Source of the DNA: Chiloscyllium plagiosum
Lineage: Eukaryota
Direction: 5' to 3'
NCBI RefSeq assembly: GCF_004010195.1
Contig: NC_057754.1
Location: 10,079,562 to 10,143,561 of the forward strand
Length of the DNA stretch: 64,000 nt
Shown here: positions 1 through 11,950 of the stretch, piece after piece
How positions within the stretch are numbered: position 1 is the first letter of the stretch
Layout: each line of letters begins with the position of its first letter
Made by a program: the position numbers and the translations under genes
Notes under the pieces: generated by a model
The model's database searches: none
What the model was told of the DNA's origin: nothing
Seen by the model: only the letters and a program-made list of their open reading frames with translations

Positions 1-2150
1 GGATGGAGATTCCGCCAGACATTCGGTGGGGGGGTGTACCTGGGACTCGAGAACCACGCTGGAGATTGACTGCCCATCGTCCCCTGTGCCCACCACCAAG
101 CCCGAACCCTCCTCCAGGCATTTTCTGTCCATTGCTGGCCCATCCCCCACCGTAAGAATCAGGGCTGGTACATCAGTGTCTCAAAACCCCCAGCGACCCC
201 ATCCCCAGGATCACTGGCAGTAACGTCCTCAGTGCACCCATTCCTGGAATGCCCTGCGGTTGGGTCATTAGGCAGCAGACGCTTGGGGCCCTGCTCCTCT
301 CCTGACACTGGGATGCCAGGCTCCTCAGGGAAAAGGTCCCCTCCCCACCCACCTTGGTGGTCATAGGCCAAAGGCTCCTCCAGGTATACTATTGGCTGGA
401 GGAAGGCAGGGGATGTGACAAGGTCAGGGAGTGCCATCCGTGTCATTTCCTGTCCTGCAACTGGGATTTCAGGTGATTTTGGGCAGGGGCCCAGTTTCTT
501 TCCCAGGGCTACAGCAGCAGCAGATTTCCTAAGGTCAGAACGGCACATGGAGGAGTAGGGTGGGGTTGGACTTGGGGATGCTGGGGTCAGGTGTCTCAAG
601 GCAAGGGTCAGGCACAGGCCATGGGGTCACTGCAACAGAGGGGGTTCAGGCACGGAACGGGGGGGCTAGAGGGTCAGGGTTCCTGCACCGGGATGATGCA
701 GGCGCAGCCTCAAAGGCATTTCTGCGCCAGAGTGGGGCATGGTGACGGTCTGATACCAGGGGAGGGGATGGGGTTACTTCCACGGGGGTGGGCTCAATGT
801 GTTTAGTCTTCTCCCGCACTTTCTGTCCGGCAGGACATTCACCCCGTCCCTGCCAGAGGCTGAGGCACTCTTATCCCCAGCTTAGACCCCGCTGATGGGG
901 TCGTTGGTGTTTTGGTGGGAGGGGTTGTGGGTATAGTGGTGCCACCGTGACTGCTGGTGTGGGCTGGGCAGCCTTCTGGATGGGGCAGTTCTTTCCTATG
1001 TGCCCCATCTCGCAGCACAAGTGGCACCACGTGCCATCCAGAAGATGTGATAGGCTATGCCCTCATTGAGGAGGGTGAAGGAGTCCTCAGTGACCTCCTC
1101 CCAGGCCAGGCAAAGGAACACCTGGCACCAGAAGGGGTATATGTGTTTTAGGGTGGGGTCCCTAACACCAAGTAGGTGCGGTTGCACACCTGACCGGATC
1201 TCCACCAGCATTTGGAAATGGGGGAAGAAGGAGCTCACTGGCATTAAAGACATTGCAAATCATGACCCTCTGGGCTGTGACCTCCAAAGGGTCAGTGGTT
1301 AGGAATAGCCTGCCCACAGTGAGCCCCTTCCGCAGGTAGACTGCCTGCTTGGTCTTAAGGAAGAAAACGGCCTTCCCATACATGTGGGCTGCAGCGATGA
1401 TGGCCATTGGGCCGACCACACTCGTCACAGCGGTACTGCAGGCCTCGATAGTCATGTTGGGATGGGGATAGGCCTTCACCCCCAGGTGTTTGGTCAGTTG
1501 CCTGAAGGGGGTTGGGTTCGTAGCCGGGGCTGGAGCAGCCGAGCCTAGGGCAGCAGCTACCCTGGCACAGGTGCGGCTGGGCCAGCTGTCATGGGGCTCG
1601 CCCTGTAGTGTTGCTGGGCGGCTACTGAAGATCTCTCCCACGCAGGTCTCAGGCAAATGGCAGTGATCCCTGCACTGGAAGGCCCTGACAGTAGCAGCAG
1701 TCCCAGATGTTAGTGGGACCCCGGCAGCAGCAACAGTCTCAAGTATTACTGGGGCCTAGGCAGCAGCAGCAACAGTCTCAGGTAGAGGCGGATCCCAGGC
1801 AGCAGCAACTGCCCTTAAGTCTGGGTGGGGCCCAGGCAGCAGCGGTGGAGGCAGGCCCCAGGCACCAGCAACTGTGTTGAGGTGTCGGCGAGGCCCAGAC
1901 TGCAGCAGCAGCAGCAGTGGTGCCGGCTGCTTGTGCAGCTGAGCACAGCTTCAAATTCAAGGAAACAAAAAGAAAGAAACCCAGAAAGACAAATGCAAAA
2001 AACAATAAGGAAAACCATAAATCAAAAGTCTACCTTAGACAAGGGGGAAAGAAAAGAAAACTCTCCTCTTTCGTGAAGACCCACAGCAGCAGCAACAACA
2101 CACTGGCTGTGTGCCCAGCCAGGTCAGAGTCAGTCCCTGAACTGAGGTGC
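1..2150 (-). mobile_element. Tx1-like (L1/Tx1 clade) non-LTR retrotransposon, 5' UTR and decayed ORF1
   Basis: Minus-strand peptides LTKHLGVKAYPHPNMTIEAC...AAAHMYGKAVFFLKT...DPLEVTAQRVMICNV and a GHIGKNCP zinc-knuckle remnant (~980-1010) resemble vertebrate Tx1 ORF1; frameshifted. Confidence 0.7.
1685..1925. repeat. Degenerate ~30-36 bp tandem repeat rich in CAGCAGCAACAG
   Basis: Recurring ggcagcagcaacagtctc / cccaggcagcagc units. Confidence 0.6.
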
Positions 2151-4052
2151 CCTGTTTGTATTTTGTAAAATTTTATTAACCTGTAGAAGTTATAAACAAA
2201 CAGTTAACAATGAACAGCAGTTTACAGGGGAAAGGGGCAGCAAAGTCAGACCCCCAAACCCTACTGTATAGCCAGTTCACAGGGAAAATGAGGACAAACC
2301 TCACATCCCACCTTATTATATCAAAACTGAAACAGTAAATGCAATCACATCCAGACAGTCTGATAAACCGAACAGTAAAACAAAGCATTTATGACAGATG
2401 CCCCTGGCAACCCAGCAAACCACCCATCCCTCCCAGCTTCCGGCCACTCAAAGGCAGCCCACCCCTACATCCCTTCCGGCTCTCGGTCCGCCCTGACTCC
2501 CCTTCCAGCCACCTCTGGGTCAGCCCATACTGTTTCCCCACCTCCCCCAGGATGACAGCATGTCCTGTTTTTTTTTTCTTTTTGTTTCATTCCTCCCCCT
2601 ACACCAGAAGGGGGACTTTCGTTCTTTGAAGAACAATCATCCGGTTTCCCTCCTTGGTACGGACTACAAAGTTTTCCCCAGAGTGTTGTCTTCTCACCTG
2701 GCTTCCGTGCTGACCCACATGATTCACCTGGACCAGTCCTACACGGTCCCAGGCCGGAGGATACACGACAACACCCATCTGGTCTGGGACCTGATCCATT
2801 TCTGTCGACAGGCTGGTCTACTGAGTGCCTTCCTGTCCCTCGACCACGAGTATCTCTTGGGACTCAGTTTGTTGCCTGAATCCGACCTTTGTACACTGCC
2901 GCAGAGTATCTGGTTAAAGTTAGCGGGTCCTTGACTGTGTCCCTTCGCTTTGAGAGAGGCGTACGTCAACTGTCCGGCCAGCTGTATTCCCTGTGTGTGG
3001 AGGAGGTTATCGGGGCTGGTTCTGCACGGTGCGGGCACAGGGGTGATCCTCTTGGCTTACGCCGATGATGTGCTCCCCACCTTCACTGACCCGGCTGACC
3101 TGGGGAGGATGCGCGAGTACCTGGCGGTGTACTCGGCAGTGTCTTCTGCCAGGATCTGCCTGTATTGCTCACAAGACAAAGTTTTTCACTATGCCTCGGT
3201 ACACGTGACAATAAATTCAATTCAATTCTACTGGTCGGTCCGTGGGGAGAGGGGCGGACTCTCTGCCAGAGGAGTTACAGGGGTTCAGCTGGAGTACCAC
3301 CCATTTCCTCTGTCTGGGGGTCTACATCAGCCTGTCTGAGGAATCCTGACCGGCGAACTGGCAGGAGCTGGAGGCCAAAATCTTGGGTCGCCTCGGCCGC
3401 AGGACAGGACTGCTTCAAGTGCTGTCTCACAGGAGTCGAATGCTGACCATAAACCAGCTGGTGGCCGCCATGCTGTGGTACCGGCTGGTCACTTTGGTCC
3501 CTCCTCCTGGTTTTGTTGCAGATATCCAGAGAACGTTGGTTCACTTCTTCTGGGACAAAACGATGCACTGGGTGGCTGCGCAGGTCCTGAGTCTCCCTAT
3601 TGAGGAGGGCGGTCAGTCGCTGGTGTGTGTCCGCACGGAGGTAGCGACCTTCCGCCTTCAGTGATACCTTGCAGCTTCCTCCTACGTGGTGCACACTGGC
3701 GACGTATTTTTTTTACATCAGGTGCGCAACCTCAACTACGTCACACATCTTTTGTTCATTGACCATGACTGCTCGGAGGTCGCTCTCAGAACGCTGCCTG
3801 TCTTTTACCAGGACCTGATCCCTGTCTGGAAGACGGGTGCATCGCGTCGCATTGCAGAAGTAGCGGCTGTTGTCAGGGAGCCATTGCTCAGCAATCTGCA
3901 CCTCTGTACTCATGAGTTCGAGTGGCTGTCGGAGGGGAGGGCTGTAGCGGCGAGGGTGATCAGGGTCAGGGACATGCTGGGTGGCGGGGGCCTAGACAGG
4001 ACGCTACTGGAGGATATAGTGAGCAGGGCAGTGGTTGACATTTGGTTTATGG

Positions 4053-4268
4053 TGGAGGAGAAAGTGAGGTCTGCAGATGCTGGAGATCAGAGCTGAAAAT
4101 GTGTTGCTGGAAAAGCGCAGCAGGTCAGGCAGCATCCAGGGAACAGGAGAATCGACGCTTCGGGCATAAGCCTTTCCTGAAGAAGGGCTTATGCCCGAAA
4201 CGTCGATTCTCCTATTCCCTGGATGCTGCCTGACCTGCTGCGCTTTTCCAGCAACACATTTTCAGATC
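4053..4268. mobile_element. Fold-back non-autonomous PLE-derived element with hammerhead core
   Basis: Near-perfect palindrome ~4091-4265; 10-bp TSD TGGTTTATGG at 4043-4052 and 4269-4278. Confidence 0.85.
4174..4208 (+). ncRNA. Minimal hammerhead ribozyme motif
   Basis: CTGAAGA (4177-4183), A, stem II GGGC-TTAT-GCCC, then GAAACGTC (4197-4204); palindromic ACGT in place of stem III; stem I very short. Confidence 0.65.
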
Positions 4269-5220
4269 TGGTTTATGGCCACTGCCATTCGACACCTTTA
4301 AAGCAGCGGTGCTTGGACCCAACATCATGCACCAGTTGGAGGATGCTCAGGTGTGCGGTGGAATCCCACCTATGCGTACTCCTGCCTGGACAGAATTTCA
4401 CATTGGCCCCAAGGTCCCATACCTCCCACAGGGGCCTGAGCCCCACAGCCTTAGCCGCCTCCAGGGTTTTAGTTTGACCCCCTCAGGGATGTAAAAATGG
4501 CGGGCCTGGTATCGGCTGCTGCTGCACACCTCTTTTCCCTAATCTACAGCCCAAACATGCCCTGGCATGCCTCTTTGCCAGTGGGTGGTGGGGATCCCCA
4601 GTGGAGGGTTCTCTCGGGGATCTGGGGTGGAGGGTGCTGCATGCAGGGTTCCCTGCAACTGCAGATTGCAGTGGTTCACGGACTCCCAGCCAACTGCCTG
4701 TTCTGTGGTGCTATGGAGTCTGTGGACCATGTATGTTTGGGGTGTGGGCGTCTGCATTCCCTTTTTGGTTTCCTTAAAGACCGTATTTTATGTTTTCACT
4801 TACACTTCAGCCCCACACTCTTGATCTTTGGGCACCTGGTGCGAAGGGGGGAGGGCAGGTCAGAGGATCTCCTCATGGGTCTGCTCCTTGGCCTCGCCAA
4901 ACTGGCCATAAACAGGTCCAGGCAGCGGGCTGTGGAGAGATCGTTATAGCCAATTGCCTGCCCCTCTTCCATGGTTACGATCAGACCTGGGTGTCCCTGG
5001 AGAAGGAGTATGCAATGTCTACCAGTACCCTCAGTTTTCAGGGAGAGGTGGGCACCGCAGGGTGTGGAGTGTTTTATTTCCCCTTCTGATTCTATTTTGA
5101 TTTAATCTCTAATGCCCCCTTCACCTTTTTGATCACTTGGGCATTGGCCTTTGATGAGAAGGGCTCTGCCTGTCGCTGGGCACTGGGGTATTTCGTTTCT
5201 TCCTGGTGGTGGAATATGAA

Positions 5221-5458
5221 TAAAGGTTTCTGCACTTGCTGTTCTTCACTGTCCCCTACACCTGCACACACACGACATGGGTGCTGGGGAATAAATAAGC
5301 ACTACCACTGTTTGGTGGTAGTGTGGGGGATATTTAAAAAAAGGTTTCCTGCGTTCCTTGTTTCTTCACTGTGTCCTACATCTGCACGCACACGACTTGG
5401 GTGCTGGGAAAAATAAGCCTCCGCTGTTATGCAGTAGTGTGGGAGGAAAAGGAAAAAA
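5221..5458 (+). repeat. Two ~118-bp imperfect tandem copies in the Tx1 3' UTR
   Basis: aaggtttc...cttcactgt...ctgcac(a/g)cacacgac(a/t)tgggtgctggg...gtagtgtggg occurs twice. Confidence 0.75.
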
Positions 5459-5464
5459 GTATAT

Positions 5465-5624
5465 ATATAACCAGGAGATTACAATCTCCAAAATAAAACA
5501 GGATTTAGAATCTCCTCAGTTCAGGGGACTGACTCTGAGCTGGCTGGTCACAGTCACTGTACTATGCACAAGTAAATAAAGGGTGACTTGGTGACCGGAT
5601 GCTGGCTTCTGTGCAGTTATTTCA
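5465..5624 (+). mobile_element. 5'-truncated short LTR, same family as 26611-26813
   Basis: Shares ctctgagct(g/a)gctg...gtactatgca...aaagggtga...gttatttca end with 26611-26813; AATAAA present. Confidence 0.6.
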
Positions 5625-5965
5625 CCACTGGGCCACTCAAGCATGCTCTACAATCTGATAAGGTCTTGGGTAATTAGGGCCTAATCAGAAAACCACATTC
5701 CCACCTACCCTTGACAATCTTTCACCTCTACCCCTTTCACAACAACCATCTATCTGCCTCTGCATTAAAAATATTCAAAGACTCTGTATCCATTGCCTTT
5801 TCAGAAGAGTTCCAAAGGGTCATGACCCTTTCAGAGAAGAAACTTCATCTGTTTTAAATGGGCAACCTCTGAGTTTTAAACACTCAGCCCTAGTTCTACA
5901 TTCACTGACAACAGAAAACACCTGTCCATGTGTACCCTGGAAAGATCACTCAGGATTTTATTCCA

Positions 5966-6190
5966 CGATTTGGAGATGCCGGTGTCGGACTGGGGTGTAC
6001 AAAGTTAAAAATCACACAACAGTGGTAAGAGTTCCAAAGGCTCATGACCCTCTCAGAGAAGAAACCTCATCTCTTTTAAATAGGCAACCTCTGATGACAA
6101 GCACCTGATGAAGGAGCAACGCTCTGAAAGCTCATGCTTCCAAATAAACTTGTTGGACTATAACCTGGTGTTGTGTGATTTTTAACTTTT
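5966..6190. mobile_element. PLE-derived inverted element (second family) with hammerhead core and captured flanking DNA
   Basis: aaagttaaaaatcacacaac (6001-6020) is inverted relative to gttgtgtgatttttaacttt (~6170-6189); same family at 49060-49690. Confidence 0.65.
6099..6139 (+). ncRNA. Minimal hammerhead ribozyme motif
   Basis: AAGCAC, CTGATGA (6105-6111), stem II GGAGC-AAC-GCTCT, GAAAGCTC (6126-6133), ATGCTT; stem I AAGCAC/ATGCTT with one mismatch; palindromic AGCT. Confidence 0.6.
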
Positions 6191-6330
6191 CAATCAAGTC
6201 ACTTTTTACTCTTCTAAAGTTCAGCAGATACAAGCCATGTCTGTCCATTTTTTCCTCATAAGACAACTCACCCAATTCAAATACTAGTCTGTTCTGAACA
6301 GCTTCTTGAAATGAGATGACAAATATTTTA

Positions 6331-6842
6331 GGATTAGTGGTGCTGGAAGAGCACAGCAGTTCAGGCAGCATCCAAGGAGCAGCGAAATCGACGTTTCGGG
6401 CAAAAGCCCTTCACCAGGAATAAAGGCAGTGTGCCTGAAGCGTGGAGAGAGGGTGGGGGTGGGGAGAAAGTAGCATACCAGCTCAGCACTGTACCCTAAT
6501 TCCAAACTTCCAGCTCAGCACTGTCCCCATGACTTGTCCGGACTTGTCCTACCTGCCTATCTCCTTTTCCACCTATCCACTCCACCCTCTCCTCCCTGAC
6601 CTATCACCTTCATCCCCTCCCCCACTCACCCATTGTACTCTATACTACTTTCTCCTCACCCCCACCCTCCTCTGGCTTATCTCTCCATGCTTCAGGCTCA
6701 CTGCCTTTATTCCTATTGAAGGGCTTTTGTCCGAAACGTCGATTTCGCTGCTCCTTGGATGCTGCCTGAACTGCTGTGCTCTTCCAGCACCACTAATCCA
6801 GAACCTGGTTTCCAGCATCTGCAGTCATTGTTTTTACCTCCC
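6331..6842. mobile_element. Fold-back PLE pLTR derivative
   Basis: Inverted arms ~6331-6477 and ~6640-6799; 14-bp TSD TGACAAATATTTTA at 6317-6330 and 6843-6856; both hammerhead cores mutated (CTGGTGA, CTATTGA). Confidence 0.85.
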
Positions 6843-7344
6843 TGACAAATATTTTACACAGTACTTCAGATATGGACATCTAGATTCCTCACCAAACTCT
6901 GGAATACCTCACCACTTAGATAATGTTTCTTTTTCACTCCTTTGTTAAAATGGTCAATTTTACATTTACTAAATTATTTTCCATTTGTTACATCTTTGCC
7001 CACTCATTTTGCCAATCTACATCTCTTTGTAGCCTCCATAGTACTGTTCACATCTTTTTGTTGTGTCATTCAAGGGTCATAGCTTCAGTCCCTTTATTCA
7101 AATTAGTTTAAAATGATTCAGATAATCTGTATGTTCTGGCATGTAATTGTTTATTATAAGCAACAATACTGACATTTAACATTTGCATCCTGGCTTCTCA
7201 TCTCATCACAGCCTTAGTCCAAACATGGATCAAGAGCAGAATTATGATCATACAACTAAGAAACAAGAGTGGAGCACCCAGCCCTTTGATCCTGCTCAGC
7301 CATTTAATAAGATCATATTTGATCTGATTTTAACTTCAAGTCTA

Positions 7345-7605
7345 ATGGCTCAGTGATAGCACATCTGTCTCACAGTGCCAAGGAGAGCCTTGGGAGACCG
7401 CCTGTGTAGTGGAGTTTGCAAGTTCTTTCCACTCTGCGTGGATTTGCTCCGGGTGCTCCAGTTTCCTCCCACGTGCGCGGGCTAGGATGGATTAGCTGTG
7501 GGGAATGCAGGGACAGGATAAGGCCGTGGGTTTGGATGGGATGGCTCTTTGGAGGGTTGATGGGGCGGTATGGCCTGCTTCCACGTGGTAAAGGATTCTA
7601 TGATT
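7345..7605 (+). mobile_element. Degenerate HE1-like V-SINE
   Basis: tggctcagtgatagcac...gtggagtttgca...ctccgggtgctccagtttcctccc V-domain. Confidence 0.65.
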
Positions 7606-7859
7606 CAGCATTCCTGATCATCTCTTACCATTCAAAATGTGGAGGGAGTGTTATTCCCCTTGTGACTACATCCCAACAGTACTTCAAACAGTTGAGTGTC
7701 ATGGAGTCAAGGGGAATCATGAGGTATCCACCATGTACAAAGAGATGTGTACCACCTACAAAGGAACTGCAGCACCTTTCCCTGTACCACGCTGCCCATT
7801 ACAAATATGGCCACGTTTTCAAATAAACCCGTTTGGCTGGAACCTGGGCTCGTGTGATT

Positions 7860-8240
7860 TTTGACCTTACCAAGATGGCGGCTGCAACCGCCAGGAAAAA
7901 GACAGCCGGCGGAGGGTAAAGCAGCCTCAACGCACCAACCCGAGTCTCGCATTTGCGTTTTCAGACCAACACTGGGTGTTTACGAAGGAATCGTTCTTTA
8001 ACAGTCGGCCTCACTCACACACCATCTCTTATCTTTCGCTGCTAATGAAATTACTCCATGACATTCAGCCGACTCACTCGGGTAACAACGCGCATACCCC
8101 AATCCGTGTCCGCTACTGCGCATGCTCTGGTTAGTGTCTTATACTACGCATGATCAAGGGATGGTGGTGGGATGGTATCCCAGGTTGTCGTGGCAGCGTG
8201 GTACTGCGCTTGCGTACTGATCTTTAGCCTGAAGGTAGGA
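7860..8240. promoter_or_regulatory. CpG-rich promoter, possibly bidirectional (YY1, NRF1-like, RFX-like motifs)
   Basis: CAAGATGGCGGC (7871-7882); TGCGCATGCTC (8117-8127); TGCGCTTGCGTA (8205-8216); GTTGTCGTGGCAGC (~8184-8197); donor-like GTAAGG on minus at 7870 and GAAG|GTAGGA on plus at 8235; local CpG excess. Confidence 0.7.
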
Positions 8241-9532
8241 CGTTGTCCTTGTTTAAAAAGTTCTTTCGTTGGCAACAAATAATCCCTTTTTGTGATCCTA
8301 TTACAATGTGAGCCACAGGTTATATAAATAGATTAAATCAACGAATGCAGCACGGGATTTGTGCCCCAGTTCTATCTGGTTGAGAGGAGCAGTAGAGATT
8401 TTAAAAAAAAATCCCTAATTTCAAATGTGAACAGACTGGAGTCTCAGTAAGTGGTGGAAGCAATTGACGGTTTTACTCCCATAGTGAACACTCAAACCCT
8501 TTCTCATCGTATCCAAAGTGTCATTGGGTGTGAGAAACAAAGCCCACTCACTTCAGTAATTTCAGTCCAAGACAAGATCTGAATCAGTAGTGTCATTTAT
8601 TTTTACACTTGCATGTGGGTGTGATGTCCAGTGCCAGGCAAGGCAGAGGACAAAACACACCGAGTTCAACAAATTCTTGATATTTATATAATTTGGTTCC
8701 TACATATTTTTTTCTTATTTCATTGTTTTTCCCCCTGTTTACATCCTCCTTCGAGATGTACAGGTGAACCTATGTTACCTATGTCAGACATGCACTTTTC
8801 TGCTTCATAGTCCAAAGGTGCTTCAGCATTATTTGCAGGTGAAGAATGGTGACACTATTCCATCTGCAATTCTCCCTCGTCAACCAAAATCCATTCAGAC
8901 TTACTTTGTATCAGAAATTATAATTGCAGAATTGCAGATCTGCAGAAGAAACATTAATTTACCTATATCCCACATTGGGATTCAAATCCTTGGAACTTCT
9001 AAAGCTCAAGCACATAATAGGAGCAAAGACTGAACAGATCATTTTGCACATGGTGAAATATCCAAATGATAGCCCTCATTTACTGTGTTAGTGAATGGAT
9101 GGCTGAATGTATCACTTTGTACATTCAGCTGGGGAGCAGTCCTTCTATGATAAAGTGTAGGCACACAATTTGGGAAGAGGGAGGGTGAGGTAATTGAGAT
9201 GGTTGGCATTGGGAGTGAGGATGTATTGGAGGTTTTGATTTAAAAGTGGACAAATTTCCAGGTCCAGGTGAGTTGTATCCCAGGTTGCTGTAGGAGTCTA
9301 TGGAGGACATTATGGATTATGAGTCAAATTTGTTGATTTCTGTCTGGCCACAAAGGAGGCACTGGGGACAGCTAATGTGGTTTCACTTTCTAAGAAGGGT
9401 GGTAGAGATAAACCAGGAAAAGGAATTTCATGTCAGTGGTGGGGAAGCTATTAAATTCAGATGGTGAGAATTAACTTCCACTTGTTGCGGCAAGGTTTGC
9501 TTACTAATAGCATAGCTTTATCAGATGCAGGT

Positions 9533-10160
9533 CATCGAGATGTACAGCACGGAAACAGACATTTCAGTCCAATTCATCCATGCCGAGTAGATAGCCTCAC
9601 CTAATCTAGTCCAATTTGCCAGCACTTGGGCCATATTCCTCTAAACCTTACTCTTCATGTACCCATCCAGATGTCTTTTAAATGCTGTAATTGTACCAGC
9701 GTCCACCACTTCCTCTGGCATCTCATTCCATACACGCACCACCATCTGTGTGAAAAAGTTAACCCTTAGGTCCCTTTTAAATTTTTCTCCTCTCACCCTG
9801 AACCTATGTCGGCTAGTTCTGGATTCACCCATCCCAAGGAAAAGACCTTGTCTATTCACCCTATCCATGCCCCTCATGAATTTATAAACCTCTTTAAGGT
9901 CACCCCTCAGCTTCTGACACACCAGAGAAAACAGCCCCGTCCTATTCAGCCTCCCTATAGCTCAAATCCTCCAACCCTGGAAACATCCTTGTAAATCTTT
10001 TCTGAATCCTTAAACGTTTCACAACATCCTTCCAATAAGAGAGAGACCAGAATTGCATGCAATATTCCAAAAGTGGCCTAACCAATGTCCTGTACTGTCG
10101 CAACATGACCTCCCAACTTCTATACTTAATGCTCTGACCAATGAAGGAAAGTTTCCTAAC
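9533..10160 (-). mobile_element. Younger CR1 3' fragment nested in the opposite orientation
   Basis: Minus ORFs YRTLVRPLLEYCMQFWS and FFTQMVVRVWNEMPEEVV...FKRHLDGYM, plus the 3' UTR. Confidence 0.85.
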
Positions 10161-10844
10161 AACTTTGATGATTTTTTTCAAGGAGATGCCCAGGTTTGTA
10201 GGTGAGGGCAGTGAAGTTTGTTATTTATTTGGGTATCAGCAAAGTCTTTGACAATGTTCTACATGGTAGATCGATAAAGAAGGTAAAAGCACATGGGTTT
10301 CAGAGTACTTTGGCTTGTTGGATCCAAAATTGAGTAGGTGGTAGAAAGCTATTTATGTGACTGGAGGCTGGTGTCCAGCGGCATACCACAAGGATCAGTG
10401 CTAGGTCCCTCATTGTATCGGGTCGATGATTAATGAGTTTGTGGATGAGACAAACAGTGGCAGGGTTGTTGATGGATTAGTCAGGTGGAGAGAACAATAG
10501 CAGATGGGATTGAATTCTAATAACTGTGGAAGTAACAGGAGAAGAATGGCAGGACACTAGGAAGCTCTGAGGATCAGAGGGATCTTGGGGTGCTGTCCAC
10601 AGATCCCTGAAGGCAGCAGGACAGTTAATATGGTAGTTAGGAATACAGTTAGGAAATTTACCTTTATCAGTCAAGGCATAGATTATAACAGCATGGAGTA
10701 ATGTTGGAGCTATACATAATGTTGATTAGGGTATAGCTGGCGTACTGGGTGTGTGTTTAGTCACTGCAATATTGATACGATGTGATTGCACTGGATGAGG
10801 TGCAGAAGAAATTCACCAGGATGTTGCCTGGGATGCAGCAGCTT

Positions 10845-11647
10845 AAAAGTTTGTGCGAAGATTTGTAGCTCGGGTGCTTGTTGTTGTGGTTCTGTTCGCC
10901 GAGCTGGAAGTTTTTGTCGCAAACGTTTCGTCCCCTGGCTAGGCGACATCATCAGTGCTTGGGAGCCTCCTGCGAAGCGCTTCTTTGATGTTTCCTCCGG
11001 TGTTTATAGTGGTCTGTCCCTGCCGCTTCCGGTTGAAGACAGGAAGGCAGCTAACAATCCGCATACATGAACATCAACTAGCCACGAAACGACACAACCA
11101 GCTATCCTTAGTAGCCACACACGCAGACAACAAGCAACATGAATTCGACTGAGACAACACTACTATCATAGGGCAAGCCACTCAGAGAACAGCCAGGGAA
11201 TTCCTAGAGGCATGGCATTCATCAACAAACTCCATCAACAAACACATCGACCTGGACCCAATATACCAACCACTACAGCGGACAGCTGAAACTGACAACC
11301 GGAAGCGGCAGGGACAGACCACCATAAATTGTTGAAGTTGCGCGGGTATCCGTTTTTGGTGAATACCTTGTATAGGTGTTCCTCTTCTTTTTGCAGTTCT
11401 GGTGTACTGCAGTGTGTTGTGGCCCTTTTGAATAGTGTCCTGATGCAGCTTCGCTTGTGTGTGTTGGGGTGGTTACTTTCATAGTTTAGGACTTGGTCTG
11501 TGTGTGTGGCTTTCCTGTATACCCTTGTAGTGAATTCTCCGTTCGGTGTTCTCTGTACCATCACGTCTTGGAATGAGAGTTGGCTATCCTTTTCTTCTTC
11601 TCTCGTTTGCAACAAAAACTTCCAGCTCGGCAAACAGAACCACAACA
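10845..11647. mobile_element. Rearranged Penelope-like element (Penelope/Poseidon-like) with inverted segments
   Basis: 12-bp TSD ATGCAGCAGCTT (10833-10844, 11648-11659); + strand GIY-YIG remnant TGRQLTIRIHEH...REFLEAWHS; - strand RT thumb TRVYRKATHTDQVLNYESNHP...NGYPRNF; inverted pLTR pieces. Confidence 0.9.
10919..10958 (-). ncRNA. Minimal hammerhead ribozyme motif in PLE pLTR
   Basis: Minus strand GCA-CTGATGA-T-GTCGCCT AGCC AGGGGAC-GAAACGTT-TGC: stem I GCA/TGC, stem II, palindromic AACGTT. Confidence 0.7.
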
Positions 11648-11809
11648 ATGCAGCAGCTTTGCTTTGAAGAGAGGCTGGATAAGTTCAGGTTGTTTTCTTT
11701 AGAGCAGAGAAGGCTGGAAGAGGACTGATTTGAAGGGTAGAAGATTGAGGGGCATGGACAGGTTGGGTAGAAAGCAGCTGTCTCCCTAAGTTGAACGGTC
11801 AAGAACAAT

Positions 11810-11950
11810 ATCAGAAATTGCTGGTCAAACGCAGCAGGTCTGGCAGCATCTGTGGAGATCTGTGCTGAGTTTCTCCACAGATGCTGCCAGACCTGCTGAA
11901 TTTTGCCAGAAGATTTTGATTTCCAGCATCTGCTGTTTTTGTTTTCTTTT
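11810..11950. mobile_element. Short fold-back element of an older PLE-related family
   Basis: cagcaggtctggcagcatctgtggaga inverted against tctccacagatgctgccagacctgctg. Confidence 0.7.

Larger units (their letters stand above)
2580..5460 (+). mobile_element. Tx1-like ORF2 (RT to C-terminal Cys-rich region) plus 3' UTR, decayed and 5'-truncated
   Basis: KGDFRSLKNNHPVSLLGTDYKV, IHLDQSYTVPGRRIHDN, LAYADDV, INQLVAAMLWY, LPIEEGGQSL, CLFCGAMESVDH motifs across frames; interrupted at 4053-4268. Confidence 0.85.
5630..7110 (-). mobile_element. Old CR1 LINE 3' fragment carrying nested PLE-derived insertions
   Basis: Minus peptide LVFELGELSYEEKMDRHGLYLLNFRRVKSDLIE matches the CR1 ORF2 C-terminus. Confidence 0.6.
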
